Source of the DNA: an uncultured Acidobacteriaceae bacterium | Lineage (GTDB): Bacteria; Acidobacteriota; Terriglobia; Terriglobales; Acidobacteriaceae | Assembly (NCBI GenBank): GCA_964246835.1 | Contig: CAXTRT010000019.1 | Coordinates: 5,918-69,917 of the forward strand | Length of the DNA stretch: 64,000 bases | Reading direction: 5' to 3' | In this document: piece by piece, positions 19,093 through 28,581 of the stretch | How positions within the stretch are numbered: position 1 is the stretch's first letter | How the letters are laid out: each line of letters begins with the position of its first letter | Notes under the pieces: model-generated | The model's database searches: none | Told to the model about the DNA's origin: nothing | What the model saw: the letters and a program-made list of their open reading frames with translations, nothing else | Position numbers and translations under genes: made by a program

Positions 19093-21912
19093 CTAAAGCC
19101 CTTTACGTTCCGTCTTGATGCCGTGCATCTTCTCCAGGCACGTCGCGGTCAGCGCGGTCCACCCTGTCTGATGGCTCGCTCCGACACCTCGCCCCGTGTC
19201 GCCGTCAAAGTACTCGCTAAAGAGCACCAGATCGCGCCAGTGCGGATCATCGGCATAGCGCTGCTCGTCTCCATGTGCCGGCCGGCATCCTTTCCCGTCG
19301 CGTAAAAACAAGCCGACCAGTCTCCGCGCAATCTCCTCGGCCGCCTCCTGTAGCGTCATCATCGTTCCGCTACCCGTCGGACACTCCACCTTCAGATCTT
19401 TGCCATAAACCGCGTTGTAGCGCTCAAGCGCATTGAGCAGCAGGATGTTCATCGGAAACCATACCGGCCCGCGCCAGTTGCTGTTGCCGCCAAACATGCC
19501 GCTGTCACCCTCCGCCGGGACATACTTCACCGTCATTGATTTGCCCGCCAGATCGACCTGGTAGGGCTGCTCGTGGTGAACCCGGGAAAGCGCGCGTACT
19601 CCATGACCGGAGAGAAACTCGGTCTCATTGAGCACCCGCCGCAGAATTCGCAGAAGCCTCTCCTTCGGCACCAGCGCCACAAAGTGCGATCCCGCATACT
19701 CCGGGTCCGTCGTCTCCACCTTCGTGACATACCGCGCCAGATCCGGCTTATTTGCAAGAAACCATTTCAGCCGCTTCATAAAACCCGGCAGCTTCTCGAT
19801 CTCATCTTTATGCAGAAGACCCACGGCAAAGATCGGCACAACTCCCACAATGGAGTGCACGTTCAAAGACTTGGACGAGCCGCCCTCGAAGATCAGCTGG
19901 TCAAAGTAAAAGCCGTCCTCTTCATCCCACAACCCGCTGCCGCCAAGGTTGTTAATGGCATCGATAATCGCAACGAAGTGCTCGAAGAACTTGCTGGCAA
20001 CATCCTCATACGCCGGCCTTGTCTGCGCCAGTTCGATCGCGATCGTCAGCATCGCCGAGCAGTACAGCCCCATCCATGCCGTCCCATCTGCCTGGTTCAG
20101 CTGCGTGCCGTTGGGCAGCCGCATGGATCGATCAAAGACGCCGATGTTGTCGAGGCCGAGAAATCCACCGCCGAAGAGGTTATGGCCCTTCTCGTCGTTG
20201 CGATTCACCCACCACGTAAAGTTCAGCAGCAGCTTCTGGAAGGCGCGCTCCAGAAAATCGACATCCTTTACGCCGCCGTCCCGCTTCGCGGACATCTCGT
20301 ACACGTGCAGCACTGCCCATGCATGCACTGGCGGATTCACATCGCCGAACGCAAACTCATATGCCGGCATCTGCCCGTTCGGATGCATGTACCACTCACG
20401 CAGCAGCAGCAGCATCTGGTCTTTCGCATACCGTGGATCCACCTCGGCCATCGGAATCATGTGGAATGCCGTGTCCCACGCGGCAAACCACGGATACTCC
20501 CACTTGTCCGGCATGGACAGCACATCGCGGCAGAAGAGATGTCGCCACTCTTTATTCTCTGTCGTCTTACGCGACTCCGGTGGCGGCGGCTGTGCCGGAT
20601 CGCCCTCTAGCCAGCGCTCAGAGATGTAGTAGTAAAACTGCTTTGTCCAGAGCAGCCCCGCATACGCCTGTCGAGACACATTCCGCTCGTCTTCGTTGAG
20701 AACCTTTGGAATCCGCTCTGCGTAGAACGCATCTGCCTCTCGCTTTCGCAGCTCAAAGCATTGATCAAACATAGAAGCGTCGATCGCCTGCGGGCTCTCC
20801 TCGTCGACTCGCACCAGGCGAAGCCGGAGAACCACGGTCTGCCCCGGCTCCATGTCCAGGCGATAGACATAGGCGCTCTTCGTACCCACCTGCTCCGGAT
20901 TGATCGCTTCCTTGTCTCCATGCAGCAGGTAGCGATCAAATCCATCCTTGCTGTAACGTGTGTCGCCCCGGTAGTTCGGATCGAGACGATGAATGTTCGT
21001 ATCGTTTTCGGTGAAGAGAACTTCATCAGGCCTCAAGCCATCCTCCTCAACCGTCGCAAAACGAAACTGCCCAAGCGTCTTATGGCTCGCCAGTACGCCC
21101 GTCTCATCCAGCCACATCCCCGGCCGCGTCTGCTCGCCGTCCTCCAGGTTCCGCCACGACCAGTTATTCCGCAGCGTCAGCGTCGGCGCCACGGTCAGGC
21201 TCGCCGCCTCCGGCCCGCGATTTGAAAGTGTCAACCGAATGAGCGTGTCTTCAGGGGAGCTCTTCGCATACTCCACCTGCACATCGAAGTATCGCTCTTC
21301 GTCGAAGATATGCGTATCCAGCAGCTCATACTCCGGCTCGTCATAGCCTCGCTCACGGTTCACACGAACCAGATCGTCGTACGGAAATGCCCGCTGCGGA
21401 TACTTGTAAAGGGCCTTTGCATAGCTGTGCGTCGGCGTCGCATCCAGGTAGTAGTACTGCTCCTTTACATCCTCGCCATGGTTGCCTTCGGTGTTCCCCA
21501 ACCCGAACAGCCGCTCCTTTAGAATCGCATCGTTACCGTTCCACAACGACGTCGAAAAGCACAGTCGGCACTCGCGATCGGTCCATCCCAGCAGTCCATC
21601 TTCGCCCCACCGATACGCCCTGTATCGCGCCATGTCATGTGTGAAGTTCCACGCATTGCCGTCCGCGGAGTAGTCCTCGCGCACCGTGCCCCACTGCCGC
21701 TCCGGCAGATACGTCCCCCAGCGCTGCCAGTTCTCCTCCCGAGCCTCCGACTTCGCCAGCCGCTCGTCCTCTACAGTTAGAATGCGCGCGGCCTTACTCT
21801 GCCCGTCGCCCTCTGCACCCCCACCCGGCGATCTTCTCTTAGCACCACCCCCGGCGCCTGATTTCGTGCCACTGCTCTTGGAGCTTTCTTTTGGCGTACC
21901 CTGACCGTTCAT
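19093..21912 (-). CDS. GH63-like (alpha/alpha)6-barrel glycoside hydrolase (MGH1-like glucosidase family), cytoplasmic
   Basis: 939 aa with NWQRWGTYLPERQWGTVREDYS, RLFGLGNTEGNHGEDVKE, WEYPWFAAWDTAFH, NPPVHAWA. G/K/S-rich N-terminal ~45 aa; no signal peptide. Confidence 0.7.
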   Translation of the reverse strand: MNGQGTPKESSKSSGTKSGAGGGAKRRSPGGGAEGDGQSKAARILTVEDERLAKSEAREENWQRWGTYLPERQWGTVREDYSADGNAWNFTHDMARYRAYRWGEDGLLGWTDRECRLCFSTSLWNGNDAILKERLFGLGNTEGNHGEDVKEQYYYLDATPTHSYAKALYKYPQRAFPYDDLVRVNRERGYDEPEYELLDTHIFDEERYFDVQVEYAKSSPEDTLIRLTLSNRGPEAASLTVAPTLTLRNNWSWRNLEDGEQTRPGMWLDETGVLASHKTLGQFRFATVEEDGLRPDEVLFTENDTNIHRLDPNYRGDTRYSKDGFDRYLLHGDKEAINPEQVGTKSAYVYRLDMEPGQTVVLRLRLVRVDEESPQAIDASMFDQCFELRKREADAFYAERIPKVLNEDERNVSRQAYAGLLWTKQFYYYISERWLEGDPAQPPPPESRKTTENKEWRHLFCRDVLSMPDKWEYPWFAAWDTAFHMIPMAEVDPRYAKDQMLLLLREWYMHPNGQMPAYEFAFGDVNPPVHAWAVLHVYEMSAKRDGGVKDVDFLERAFQKLLLNFTWWVNRNDEKGHNLFGGGFLGLDNIGVFDRSMRLPNGTQLNQADGTAWMGLYCSAMLTIAIELAQTRPAYEDVASKFFEHFVAIIDAINNLGGSGLWDEEDGFYFDQLIFEGGSSKSLNVHSIVGVVPIFAVGLLHKDEIEKLPGFMKRLKWFLANKPDLARYVTKVETTDPEYAGSHFVALVPKERLLRILRRVLNETEFLSGHGVRALSRVHHEQPYQVDLAGKSMTVKYVPAEGDSGMFGGNSNWRGPVWFPMNILLLNALERYNAVYGKDLKVECPTGSGTMMTLQEAAEEIARRLVGLFLRDGKGCRPAHGDEQRYADDPHWRDLVLFSEYFDGDTGRGVGASHQTGWTALTATCLEKMHGIKTERKGL

Positions 21913-22071
21913 GCAACGTTAGATGCTCGGCAGCATAAATCTTTCATCAAAGTTGGCGCGTTCTCAGCTCGCGGAAATCCCCTTGCGAGACGTCAGCAAG
22001 AACGCGTGTTTCCTCGACTAAACCGGGCAAGAGAGACCTCTACCAGCGCAAAAACACACCTGTTGTGCAGC

Positions 22072-25000
22072 CTATCGGCTTAGGCGTATCGCAAATTGCA
22101 CCACGCGCTGCTCTGTCGTGGTGCTTGTGATGCTGCCAAACGCCGCCGCGCCAAACGTTCCATTCGGCTGCGCAAACGCCGGCGTATTCGTCACATTGAA
22201 GACCTCTCCGCGAAACTCTGCGTCCGTCTTCTCCGTAAAACGCGTGTGCTTCACAAGCGCCAGATCCAGATCCCGGTACGCCGGTCCTCGCACCGGATTG
22301 CGCGACGCATTCCCCAGCGTGAACTGCGGAGCCAGCGTAAACGCGCCTGTATTGAAGTACTTGACCGGCGTTCGATCTCCCGGCGCAAGGCCTGTATTCG
22401 CCACGACATTCGGCCGCTGCAGCGAAAGCCCGGCAAACGAGTTCGTATTCGTGGCCTGCGTCACCGTCACCGGCATCCCCGACTGCACCAGCCCTATCGC
22501 ATTGACGGCCCACCCGCCGATGAGCAGATTGGTCACTCCATGCGAAGCAAGCCGATGCCCGCGACCGACCGGAAGGTCATACGTTGCCGCGATTGACGTC
22601 ACATTTGGCATGTCGCCATTCGACGAATCCCGCTCAAGATAAGGTCGAAACGTATCGGCCGCAATCAAGCTGCTCGAGTTCGGCGACGACAACACAGTGG
22701 AAGAAAACACCGAGGAAGCATCATCAATCAGCTTGGAATGCGTGTACGCAAAGAGGAAATAGAGACCGTTTGAAACTCTCTGCTCCACCTTGGCTTCGAT
22801 CGCGTTGTAGTTCGTCGTTCCGCTATTGTTTCTATAAGTTGCAACATTCTGAAAGCGTGGATACGGCTTCAACAGTTGAGCCGCCGCCACCGTCTTGCCG
22901 CCGATCGTACTCGATCCGGGTATCTGGCCGAAGAACGGATTTGCGACAGCACCGGTCAACGAGCCGGGATTGGTCAATCCCTGAGCCAGCTGCGCCGCCG
23001 TCAGCTGATTCAGGTTTGAATCGGGAATACCGACATGCACGATGTGCGAGCCAACATACGCCACATCGACCGATAGATTGCTTGTAACCTGCCGCTGCAC
23101 TGCCAGATTCCATTGCTGCACATAGCCGGATCCGGCAGTACGATTTGCCGTGTAGACACTCTGCCCCAGACCTGCGTTGGGCGTCAGCGCAATCGGAGCG
23201 ACAGACGGTCCGCTAGAGAGCGTGAACGCCCCGTTTATACTGTCCTGCGTTCTCTGCTGCACGTTCTGAATGAATGGGAACTGCGGCAGCGTGAAGGGCG
23301 TTGTGATCCCGGACTGATCGATAAAAACAATGCCAAAGCCGGACCGCACCACGGTCTTTGGGGTAACCAGGTAAGTAAAGCCCACACGCGGAGCGACATT
23401 GCCATAATGCAGCTCGCGCGCGCTCTTTGAATTTCCGTTCTGGCCGGCGTAGTCCAACTGCTGCGTTGCAAGATTGAATACCGCGCCTTGATTATTTTTT
23501 TCGGTCGAGGGCGAGTGCAGAGTCCAGCGCGCGCCAAGGTTCAGCGTCAGGCGGTCCGAGGCTCGCCAGTCATCCTGCAGAAAATATTCTTGGATGTGAT
23601 CCCTCGGCCTGATCTTACTTTGCTGCAGATCGATCGAGAACGTATCGACCTGCCCCAGCAGAAAACTCGCAATAGCATTTCCGTTTCCACGCTTATCCGT
23701 GGCCGGCACGACCAGACCCTGCTGGTTTGTTCCAGTCGTAGTAAACGCGAAAGAGCCGGTCGGGTTTGGTGGAGAGACCGCATTTAGCTGATAAAAGCGT
23801 ATGTCCCCACCCGCCTTAATCGTGTGCCGACCACGGGTATACACGACGCTATCCTCCAGCTGCCAGACTGCGGTTTGATACTGCGAGAACGTGCTTGCGG
23901 ATGGTCCAAGCTGCTGAAACCCTGCAAAGGTAAAGAGCGGCAGGGCATTGTTGAACTCTGCATTCGTAGGAATACCCGGAATGTTGAGCGCCGCGGAGGC
24001 GGTAGTACCCAGAGTTGGTCCAGTTATGGTATTTCCCCGACGCGTATAGCCGACACGCACATCGTTGATCAGGTGATCCGTAAAGGTATGCGTCTCTCCG
24101 AAGACAGCCTGTTGGCCTAGAACATGCGACAGGCCCACGACGCCCCCTGTACCGATCACCGATCCGGTCACGGCGCCACTTCCATCCGGCAGCGGAGTCA
24201 CAGGCTGCTCTATATCGCTGAAGTAGGAGTAGCGTCCGAATGCCCGATCCTTTCCCCGCAGCGCACCATCGACGCGAAAATCAAATTGATTCTGATGATC
24301 CGCATCGTTCGCAGTCCGCGTGTAGTTGTTTGCAGCCGCGGTCAGATTTGTCGGTATGGGAAAGCGCGCCAATAAAGCCTTGGCGACTGGATCGAGCGGA
24401 GTTGTAATGACGTCATTCGCAAACTCCTGACGAACAAACTTGCCCCCGGCCGATGTCGTTGTCGCAGGATTGTAGACATGCGACACGCCGGTAAAGATTC
24501 CTTGCCGCTCCGCCAGAGTCGGAAGTGTGGAGATAACTGTACGGCCGATCAGCGCCTTGATTCCCTGGTAATCGCCGAAGAAGAACAGCCGGTCGCGCAA
24601 CACAGGGCCGCCAAGCGTGCCGCCATAAAGATTACGACGATACTCAGGTTTTGCCCCCGTGCTCGCAAAATAGTTACGGGCATTCAGAGCTTCGTTCCGG
24701 AAGAACTCAAACAGGCTGCCATGGAAATTATTAGACCCGGAGCGTGTGGCAACATTGACGACGCCGCCGTTAAAGCGGCCAAACTCCGCCGGCACGTTAT
24801 CCGCTTCAATCGTGAACTCCTGAATGTCGTCAATGATGGGAAAGAACGCGACCTGGCCGGGCTCCGGCTGCAACGCGGAGATGCCGTCGTATAGGTACTC
24901 GTTCGTGCGAGGTCTCCCCCCGTTGATGCGCGGCAGAACCGTTCCCGGCGGCAATGATACGCCCGGTGCAAGCGACGCAAGATTGATAAAGTTGCGGCTG

Positions 25001-25440
25001 TTGAGCGGAATCGCCACGACGGTTGCTCCCGGAATGTGCGTTTCTATATCGCTCTCTGCCGCCTGCAGAAGCGGCGCATCTGCGTCAACTGAGACCGACT
25101 GCTGCTCTGCACCGATCGTTAGAGTCAGATCGACGCTGGCGGTCTGCCCGACGGTCGCAGTCACTCCAGTGCGGCTCAGCCGTTCGAAACCGGAAGCGGT
25201 CACTTCCAGACGATAGCTTCCTGGATTTAGCTGGCTGAACCCGTAGTCGCCAGATGCAGAGCTGGTCGTCTGCTGCCGAAAGCTGGTCGAGTCCTCCGTG
25301 AGCACGACCGTGGCGCGAGCAACGCCGGCGCCTGAGCCATCAGCTACCCGTCCCTGCACGCCGGCCGCGATCTGCGCCATGGCCGCAGACGTGGCGAAGA
25401 CAGCGAAGAGCGAGGCGGACAGACTGCGATAGAACGTCAT
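22072..25440 (-). CDS. TonB-dependent receptor with carboxypeptidase-regulatory-like N-domain
   Basis: ATG 25440 gives MTFYRSLSASLFAVFATSAAMAQ (signal peptide). It is followed by GRVADGSGAGVARATVVL...GDYGFSQLNPGSYRLEVTASGFE, a plug, and a long G/N/T/Y-rich barrel. Confidence 0.9.
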   Translation of the reverse strand: MTFYRSLSASLFAVFATSAAMAQIAAGVQGRVADGSGAGVARATVVLTEDSTSFRQQTTSSASGDYGFSQLNPGSYRLEVTASGFERLSRTGVTATVGQTASVDLTLTIGAEQQSVSVDADAPLLQAAESDIETHIPGATVVAIPLNSRNFINLASLAPGVSLPPGTVLPRINGGRPRTNEYLYDGISALQPEPGQVAFFPIIDDIQEFTIEADNVPAEFGRFNGGVVNVATRSGSNNFHGSLFEFFRNEALNARNYFASTGAKPEYRRNLYGGTLGGPVLRDRLFFFGDYQGIKALIGRTVISTLPTLAERQGIFTGVSHVYNPATTTSAGGKFVRQEFANDVITTPLDPVAKALLARFPIPTNLTAAANNYTRTANDADHQNQFDFRVDGALRGKDRAFGRYSYFSDIEQPVTPLPDGSGAVTGSVIGTGGVVGLSHVLGQQAVFGETHTFTDHLINDVRVGYTRRGNTITGPTLGTTASAALNIPGIPTNAEFNNALPLFTFAGFQQLGPSASTFSQYQTAVWQLEDSVVYTRGRHTIKAGGDIRFYQLNAVSPPNPTGSFAFTTTGTNQQGLVVPATDKRGNGNAIASFLLGQVDTFSIDLQQSKIRPRDHIQEYFLQDDWRASDRLTLNLGARWTLHSPSTEKNNQGAVFNLATQQLDYAGQNGNSKSARELHYGNVAPRVGFTYLVTPKTVVRSGFGIVFIDQSGITTPFTLPQFPFIQNVQQRTQDSINGAFTLSSGPSVAPIALTPNAGLGQSVYTANRTAGSGYVQQWNLAVQRQVTSNLSVDVAYVGSHIVHVGIPDSNLNQLTAAQLAQGLTNPGSLTGAVANPFFGQIPGSSTIGGKTVAAAQLLKPYPRFQNVATYRNNSGTTNYNAIEAKVEQRVSNGLYFLFAYTHSKLIDDASSVFSSTVLSSPNSSSLIAADTFRPYLERDSSNGDMPNVTSIAATYDLPVGRGHRLASHGVTNLLIGGWAVNAIGLVQSGMPVTVTQATNTNSFAGLSLQRPNVVANTGLAPGDRTPVKYFNTGAFTLAPQFTLGNASRNPVRGPAYRDLDLALVKHTRFTEKTDAEFRGEVFNVTNTPAFAQPNGTFGAAAFGSITSTTTEQRVVQFAIRLSR

Positions 25441-25557
25441 GCAGGTGCTCCTGGCAGCACAGATCTGCGCCACATTAGGCCAAGGCCAAGGAATTCGCGA
25501 AAGCTGCATGGGATTTGGGAAGAGGCGTGCTTAAATCAACATCAGTCGCGTTGCTCG

Positions 25558-25586
25558 AATTTAGATGAATAAAATCGTATGGTCAA
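25558..25586 (-). promoter_or_regulatory. sigma70-like promoter candidate for the TonB-dependent receptor
   Basis: Minus strand reads TTGACC-N17-TAAATT, about 115 nt upstream of ATG 25440, in a locally AT-rich stretch. Confidence 0.35.
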
Positions 25587-25653
25587 CCCGAGATGCACTT
25601 TGCTTCAACGAAGAACGCTGCTTGGTCCGCCTTGAAACGATCTGCTCTGGATC

Positions 25654-26085
25654 TCACTCCGGATCATCGTCCAGGCGCTCAATCATGACATCTGTGGATT
25701 TGATCAGCGCGGCTGCAGTGTCGCCCTTCTTAAGGCGTAGCTCGCGGACAGCATTCGCCGTAATGATGGCGGTCACGTGCGTCTCGCCGACGGCTAATAC
25801 GACCTCCGCGAGGAGTCCTTCTATCCGTAAGCTCACCACCTTACCGGCAAGCTGGTTTCTGCCACTCACGCGGCGGTAGCGCTCTCGCGACTGCTTACTC
25901 GGTTTCTCGCGGTCCCGTGCCAGAAAAGGTTTGAGCGCGGTCTCCGCAATGCGGTGATGGCCGCCCGGAGTTTTCACCGTCCGGAGCTTACCGTTCAGGA
26001 TCCACTGCTTGATGGTTGGATAGCTGATTCCGAGCAAGCGTGCGGCTTCTCGTGGCGTGAGCATGGACGTGTTTGCGATGGACAT
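25654..26085 (-). CDS. excisionase/MerR-type HTH + single TOBE (Mop) domain regulator, molybdate/tungstate-responsive by context
   Basis: LTPREAARLLGISYPTIKQWILNGKL..VKTPGGHHRI (HTH_17-like), then SGRNQLAGKVVSLRIEGLLAEVVLAVGETHVTAIITANAVRELRLKKGDTAAALIKSTDVMI (TOBE). Last gene of the transporter operon. Confidence 0.75.
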   Translation of the reverse strand: MSIANTSMLTPREAARLLGISYPTIKQWILNGKLRTVKTPGGHHRIAETALKPFLARDREKPSKQSRERYRRVSGRNQLAGKVVSLRIEGLLAEVVLAVGETHVTAIITANAVRELRLKKGDTAAALIKSTDVMIERLDDDPE

Positions 26086-26124
26086 GAAGTACGTGTAGCA
26101 GAAAATACGCTCGCAGGCTGCTGT

Positions 26125-26832
26125 TTAGAGCGGCATCAAGAGCGATTGCAGCAGTGTCGTCGCAGGCTTGTTATACAACTCGTTCCACGAGCCCTGCTGG
26201 ATGATGCGTCCCGCTTCGATCGCAATGACGTGGTCAGGGCAGAGTCTTTTGAGAACCTCCACCTGGTGATCGACCGCAATCATGCTGAATCCGAGGGTCT
26301 GGTTCCAAAACCTGAGATCCTCGATCAGCTCACGAACGAGCTGCCGATCGAGTCCCGAAAAAGGCTCATCAAGAAGAACCAGCTTCGGCCTGCGGGCCAA
26401 CATGCGGGCGAGCGCGACACGGCGGGCCTGCCCACCGGAGATCGACCTTGCCGGCGCGCTCCACACGGAGTGGAGCTGCAAACGATCGCGAAGTGTACGG
26501 ATCCAGACAGCGTGCTCGGAGCTGCGTCTCTCCGCAGCAGCAATGCCGAAGAGAACATTCTCATCCACACGCAGATGTGGAAACAGCCCCGGCTCCTGCG
26601 TCAGATAACCGATGCGACGTGTGTGCACTGGCAGCGATGGAGGATAGAACATCACCTCGTCGAACACCACATGTCCGCCATCCGGTGGCTCAATACCCGC
26701 GATGCAGGCGAGGATCGTGCTCTTGCCCGCGCCGGATGCACCTAAGAGTGCAGTCGAGCAACCCGGCTGCAGCTCCAGTGAGGCATCGATGCGCATCTCG
26801 CGCCGCGCCTTGATGATATGGGCTTTAAGCAT
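26125..26832 (-). CDS. ABC transporter ATP-binding protein (ModC/WtpC-like, no C-terminal TOBE domain)
   Basis: Walker A GASGAGKST, signature ISGGQARRVALAR, Walker B LVLLDEP. Only 235 aa. Confidence 0.85.
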   Translation of the reverse strand: MLKAHIIKARREMRIDASLELQPGCSTALLGASGAGKSTILACIAGIEPPDGGHVVFDEVMFYPPSLPVHTRRIGYLTQEPGLFPHLRVDENVLFGIAAAERRSSEHAVWIRTLRDRLQLHSVWSAPARSISGGQARRVALARMLARRPKLVLLDEPFSGLDRQLVRELIEDLRFWNQTLGFSMIAVDHQVEVLKRLCPDHVIAIEAGRIIQQGSWNELYNKPATTLLQSLLMPL

Positions 26833-27598
26833 GGCGTCGGCGCTGCGCGAGCAGATGCATCAACCATGGCAGCGGCAGCGCAATCGCAAGAAAAATAATC
26901 AGCAGCGGAAGTACCGCGGGAAGACCGAAGCTTTGCAGATTAATCCACAGCTGGACGGGCATTCCGGAAGGATAATAGGCCGTCACCATCACCGCGCCAA
27001 ACTCACTGATGGTCCGGATCCAGGTAATGCTAATGGCCACAGCCAGCCCAAGCCGGGCAAGTGGCAAAGTGACGCGCCAGAAGGTCTGCCAGGGTGTAAG
27101 GCCAAGTAACGCCGCCTGCTGCTCAAGCGCACGGGGCACGCCGTCGATCGCCGCCACCGCCCCCAGGATGAAGTAACCAATGCCCACATACACCTGCGTG
27201 GCGATGTACGCCGTGACACTATTTGTCATGATCACGCCGAAGCGTTGCAGCCAGGCACCCACAGCACCTTGAGGACCGAAGGCGAGTGACAATAGAATTC
27301 CTAACGCGAGCGGCGGCAGCAGCACCGGGATGAGCAGAGCTGCCTGCCAGGCGAGTCGCTCGCGGGATCCGCAGCGAACGATGTACAGCGCCATAGGCGT
27401 GCCGATCGCAAGAATCAGCACCATGGCCCATCCTGTCAGCACCAGCGAAACACGCACGGCGGCAATGGCCGGTTCGCGTATGTCCTCATTCCATTGCCAG
27501 CGCCCAATGGGAACGAAGAAAGCCGTAAGCGGATAGAGGAGAGCCGCAGCAAACAGCAGGGCGCCTGTGCGAGCGAGCCATTGTGGAGGAGAGTTCAT
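26825..27598 (-). CDS. ABC transporter permease (ModB/WtpB-like)
   Basis: 257 aa, polytopic. EAA-like loop ALEQQAALLGLTPWQTFWRVTLP. Overlaps both neighbouring genes. Confidence 0.8.
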   Translation of the reverse strand: MNSPPQWLARTGALLFAAALLYPLTAFFVPIGRWQWNEDIREPAIAAVRVSLVLTGWAMVLILAIGTPMALYIVRCGSRERLAWQAALLIPVLLPPLALGILLSLAFGPQGAVGAWLQRFGVIMTNSVTAYIATQVYVGIGYFILGAVAAIDGVPRALEQQAALLGLTPWQTFWRVTLPLARLGLAVAISITWIRTISEFGAVMVTAYYPSGMPVQLWINLQSFGLPAVLPLLIIFLAIALPLPWLMHLLAQRRRHA

Positions 27599-28569
27599 AT
27601 GCGCAGAGCGGAGGCGTCGCCCGGCGGATCGTACGCACCCTGGCGAAGCAGCGTCTGCGCCTCAGTTCCCCTAAGCCAGTGCACAAAAGCAGCGGCGCCC
27701 ACTGCGTTGCGTGCAGTGCTGAGAGCTGCCGCATAGTAGATCAGCGGCTCTGGAACATACGTCTTTTCGCCAAGCAGCAGATGAATCTCAGGGTTCTTCC
27801 CGTGGACCCCTTCCCCGCTTAGATTGATCTCTGCAGGAAGACGGATGTACGGCAGATTGAATGGACCAGGCTGAATTTTGTACGCTGCCGCGGCGTCCAG
27901 TTCGCCGCTCTGCATACGCGATTGCAAGCTAGCCTCCATGCTGATCTGCTGCTTGTTCAACGTGGATCCCAGCACCTTGTCCACAAGGTCAGGCTGCCCG
28001 TATAGCTTGGCCGCGAGCATCATCGTAAAGATGATGTTGCGGCCCTGGGGATCCGCAGCGGGATCGCTCCTTCCGAAGCGCAGTCCAGGCTCCTGCAGCA
28101 CCTTCCACCATGGTTCTTTTCCGCGTGCGGCGGCGTCCAGTCTAGCTGCAAAACGGCTTTTGGGGTTGTAGGCGATCACCATCTCGGTTCGGGCGATCGG
28201 CTCGGCACTTAAGGCTTTCCCGACTTGGAAAACCGTTCGCATGGGACTGGCTGTGATCGGGAGAAAGACGTCCGGGGTTATGCTTCCACCAGCAATCAAT
28301 TGTGCAAGTGCGCTGGCGCCTTGACCCCGGCCGCGCACATTCAGCTTCAGGTTGGCAGCGGCTGCCCGCTTCAGCGGTCCTTCCATCAGTGAGCCCATAG
28401 AGCCTGCATAGGCCACATCGAGAACAGCAAGCGTCTCGGCAAATAACGGCGAGCTAACGCCTGCTATCGCGCTGGCTGCTACAAGGCAGCCACGCTCCAA
28501 AAAAGTTCGCCGGCTATGTTGATGTGAGTCACTACGGCCATGCGAAATCTTCGGTGGAAGAATGCTCAT
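27595..28569 (-). CDS. periplasmic molybdate/tungstate-binding protein (WtpA/ModA-like), Tat signal
   Basis: Twin-arginine signal SRRTFLERG...SSPLFA. RSDPAADPQGRN resembles the DPxxDPxG(Y)R oxyanion motif that I associate with WtpA-type binders. Operon context with a TOBE regulator. Confidence 0.65.
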   Translation of the reverse strand: MSILPPKISHGRSDSHQHSRRTFLERGCLVAASAIAGVSSPLFAETLAVLDVAYAGSMGSLMEGPLKRAAAANLKLNVRGRGQGASALAQLIAGGSITPDVFLPITASPMRTVFQVGKALSAEPIARTEMVIAYNPKSRFAARLDAAARGKEPWWKVLQEPGLRFGRSDPAADPQGRNIIFTMMLAAKLYGQPDLVDKVLGSTLNKQQISMEASLQSRMQSGELDAAAAYKIQPGPFNLPYIRLPAEINLSGEGVHGKNPEIHLLLGEKTYVPEPLIYYAAALSTARNAVGAAAFVHWLRGTEAQTLLRQGAYDPPGDASALRI

Positions 28570-28575
28570 ACGCGG

Positions 28576-28581
28576 ATTATA
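28576..28581 (-). promoter_or_regulatory. perfect TATAAT -10 box 6 nt upstream of the binding-protein ATG (possible leaderless transcript)
   Basis: Minus strand reads TATAAT-CCGCGT-ATG. No Shine-Dalgarno is present and the -35 is weak. Confidence 0.3.

Noticed and set aside
25441-25557. Possible cobalamin or other riboswitch in the ~115-nt leader of the first TonB receptor
   Set aside because: I could not find a B12-box-like element or a multi-stem junction. The only structures are short hairpins (GTGCT-gccagg-AGCAC over the RBS, and a CAGATCTG palindrome).
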